Positions 61,267-64,000 of a stretch of 64,000 nucleotides of DNA are shown one piece after another. Position 1 is the stretch's first letter, and the number at the start of each line of letters is the position of its first letter. The notes below the pieces were generated by a model. The model did no database searches. It was not told the DNA's origin and was given only the letters and a program-made list of their open reading frames with translations. Origin of the DNA: an uncultured delta proteobacterium (GTDB lineage: Bacteria > Desulfobacterota > Desulfomonilia > Desulfomonilales > Desulfomonilaceae); the NCBI GenBank assembly GCA_963789265.1, contig CAWBKB010000004.1:1-64000 (forward strand), given 5' to 3'. The translations under genes and the position numbers were made by a program.

Positions 61267-63472
61267 CGAACAGAAAGGTGATACCTTCCCGGAGCTGTCC
61301 CCCAGGCGGAACATCGTGGTTATCGCGGATGAGGCCCACAGGAGTCAATACGACTTCATAGATGGATTTGCCCGTCACATGCGGGACGCTCTACCGAATG
61401 CCTCGTTCATCGGCTTCACGGGCACGCCCATTGAATTGACTGATAAGAACACTCGTGCCGTATTCGGGGATTATATCAGCATCTACGACATACAGAGGGC
61501 AGTCGAAGACGGCGCAACTGTGCCCATTTACTACGAGAGCCGCCTTGCCAAACTCGAATTGGATGAAGTGGAGAAGCCGCATCTGGACGAGGAGTTCGAG
61601 GAGATCACCGAAGGCAACGAGCAAGAGCACAAAGAGAAACTCAAGACAAAGTGGGCTGCTCTTGAGGCTGTTGTCGGATCTGAAAAGCGCATCCGACTCA
61701 TTGCGCAGGATTTAGTGAACCATTTCGAGAGGCGACTGGAAGGTATGGACGGCAAGGCCATGATTGTCTGCATGAGCCGGTAAGCATTCACTTACGTGGG
61801 GGAAGAGGCATTCTGAGCCTCGAAGAGGCGTGCTAAGGATAGCCACGGGTGCAACCCGTGGAACACGAATTCTCCTAGAATTCTGAATGATCGATCCTGA
61901 AACGGTCGCTCGCCTGCAACACTTACAGACAGCATTTGGGCGACCCTTCCAGGGTCCTGGTCTGTTATTGTTCCCTTTTCCGTGGGTTTCACCCACGGCT
62001 ACTTTTGGGTCGCCCCTTTCGGGGCACTGACATCACGCCCCGCGTAACTGAATGCTTACATGAGCCGCCGCATCTGTGTTGACTTTTACAAGGCATTGAC
62101 CGCTTTGCGTCCTGATTGGCACAACGAGGAGGACAAGAAAGGGGCCCAAAAGGTTGTGATGACCGGTTCCGCTTCCGACCCGTTGGATTGGCAGCAGCAT
62201 ATCCGCAACAAATCTCGTAGGGAAGCTCTCGCTGAACGTTTCAAAGATCCGGCAGACCCTATGAAGCTCGTGATTGTAAGAGACATGTGGCTCACTGGCT
62301 TTGATGCCCCGTGCCTGCACACGATGTATGTGGACAAGCCCATGCGAGGCCATGGACTTATGCAGGCTATTGCCAGAGTCAATCGAGTGTTCCGAGACAA
62401 ACCGGGCGGATTGGTGGTGGACTATTTGGGGCTGGCCGACAATCTTCGCAAAGCTCTAGCCACGTATACCGAGAGCGGTGGCACAGGCAAAACCGCCATC
62501 AACCAGGAAGACGCAGTCGCTTTCATGCTCGAAAAATACGAGCAATGTTGCGATTTGTTCCACGGCTTTGACTGGTCGGCTTGGACATCGAGATCTCCAG
62601 CACAACGACTGGGCCTTCTGCCCACTGCCCAGGAACACGTCCTGTCTCAGCAAGATGGCAAGAACAGACTGCTCAAAGCCGTAGCGGAATTGTCACAATC
62701 TTTTGCCCTTGCGGTCCCCCACCTGAAGGCACTGGAGGTTCGCGACGACGTTGCCTTTTTCCAGGCAGTTCGAGTAGCACTTGCCAAATCAGGTGCTCCG
62801 AGCCCCAAGCCCGAACAAGACCTTGAGCACGCTATACGGCAGTTGATTTCTAAAGCGGTCGCTTCGGATCAAGTCTTAGACATATTCGCTGCTGCCGAGC
62901 TAAAGAAGCCGGACATTTCTATCCTCTCTGATGAATTCTTGGCGGAAGTAAAGGGAATGCCGCAGAGGAATCTGGCAGTCGAACTCCTGCGTAAACTCTT
63001 AAATAATGAAATTAAGACACGGTCGCGGAAGAACTTGGTTCAGTCGCGCTCTTTTGCCGAAATGCTGGAAAAGGCAATCAAAGCGTACCAGAATCGGGCA
63101 ATAGAGACCGCTCAGGTGATCGAAGAGCTTATTGCCCTAGCGAAGCACATGCGTGAGGCAGACCGCAGGGGCGAAGACCTCGGACTGAGTGAAGAAGAAG
63201 TGGCATTCTATGACGCCCTGGAGACCAATGGTAGCGCCGTGCAGGTTCTTGGGGATGAAACACTCAAGAAAATAGCTCGGGAACTCGTAGACACCGTCCG
63301 AAAAAACGTCACCATCGACTGGACACTCAAGGAAAGTGTAAGAGCGAAACTACGTGTCCTGGTCAAACGTATTCTCCGTAAGCATGGGTACCCGCCTGAC
63401 AAGCAGGAGAAGGCTACACAGACTGTCCTGGAACAGGCGGAACAATTTTCGGAGGGGTGGGCGGTCGGATGA
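61262..63472 (+). pseudogene. hsdR: Type I restriction subunit R: N-terminus missing and split by a MITE
   Basis: [48 protein letters not shown]3387-like C-terminus. Confidence 0.92.
61780..62059. mobile_element. 280-bp MITE with IS66-like ends carrying a REP doublet
   Basis: TIR GTAAGCATTCA(C/G)TTACG(T/C)GGG (19/21); 8-bp TSD ATGAGCCG (61772-61779, 62060-62067). Confidence 0.9.
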
Positions 63473-63818
63473 TTCATGCCAACGCGCTGTCAAACATCGG
63501 ATCCTGCAGCAAGGGGATTGATGGCCATTTGGGCAGGTCTCCTAAGCGCGGTTGGGCTGTGCCGTTCGTAGTGTAGAGATCTACCACAGACATCATGACA
63601 GTTGTGATAAAATATTGCTTGCCCGAAATCGCGTTGGTATGAGATCCCTTGCGGAGACAGGCGTAAATCGAGCGACGATTCGTCTTGGACTGCCTCATCC
63701 GCAAAGGCTGGTCCGGTTGGGGGTGCTGGACCGCTGAAGCGATCCCCCCTTCTCTTGCGCCCCCCCCTTTGATTTTTCAGATGGACTTGAAATCGGAGGA
63801 CAGCCGATTGCACCCGGT

Positions 63819-64000
63819 TTACGGAGCCTTGGACACCTTGTTAGATCGAATGCAACGGGTGCATACTTTGATCCTTTTGACCTGGCCGGATGATTCCATG
63901 ACCCTGACCTTCTGAAGGTTTGGGAAAGATATCTTCTTGGTGCGGTTGTGAGCGTGGCTGACGTTGTATCCTCTCAACGGCCGCTTGCCGCATATTTCAC
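63819..64000 (-). CDS. rpmB: 50S ribosomal protein L28 (5' end outside the window)
   Basis: Manual translation: EICGKRPLRGYNVSHAHNRTKKISFPNLQKVRV......RIKVCTRCIRSNKVSKAP*. Confidence 0.93.
   Translation of the reverse strand, partial: EICGKRPLRGYNVSHAHNRTKKISFPNLQKVRVMESSGQVKRIKVCTRCIRSNKVSKAP

Noticed and set aside
63478..63557. attC-like stem (GCCAACGCGCT...AGCGCGGTTGGGC) after hsdR
   Set aside because: Single instance with an imperfect R box, no recognisable L boxes and no integrase in the window.
63474..63704. Possible RAYT transposase N-terminal remnant (LRKG...YFITT)
   Set aside because: Too short and no HUH motif; cannot be supported without a search.

Overview
Bacterial DNA, most likely a Desulfomonile-like deltaproteobacterium (inferred from protein motifs), rich in accessory genes. 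From left to right: (1) an IS110/IS1111 element at the window edge, with a long structured 3' non-coding end, inserted into one arm of a REP-like palindrome; (2) a TetR-regulated acyl-CoA catabolic cluster plus a sugar-type ABC importer, bracketed by a recurring 24-bp site (TGAGTCAAGA.NAGACTTGACCCC); (3) toxin-antitoxin genes and remnants; (4) a GxxExxY nuclease gene with internal 30-bp inverted repeats, lying between two diverged copies of the 5' end of a fucose-isomerase-like gene; (5) an FGGY kinase, a frameshifted SAM methyltransferase and a large membrane protein; (6) a 1319-aa SIR2 (Dsr1-like) defence protein; (7) two cargo-carrying IS1595 elements with exact TIRs and 8-bp TSDs. One splits a Ser/Thr kinase-adenylate cyclase fusion and carries an AAA ATPase plus a TOPRIM-like partner; the other carries HEPN-like and HNH genes; (8) ABC transport genes, plsC and hypB; (9) a decayed type I hsdR, fused head-to-head to an MNT/HEPN TA and split by a 280-bp IS66-like MITE; (10) the 3' part of rpmB. 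I saw no CRISPR array, rRNA, tRNA or integron integrase. All family assignments come from motif recognition only; no database searches were run.
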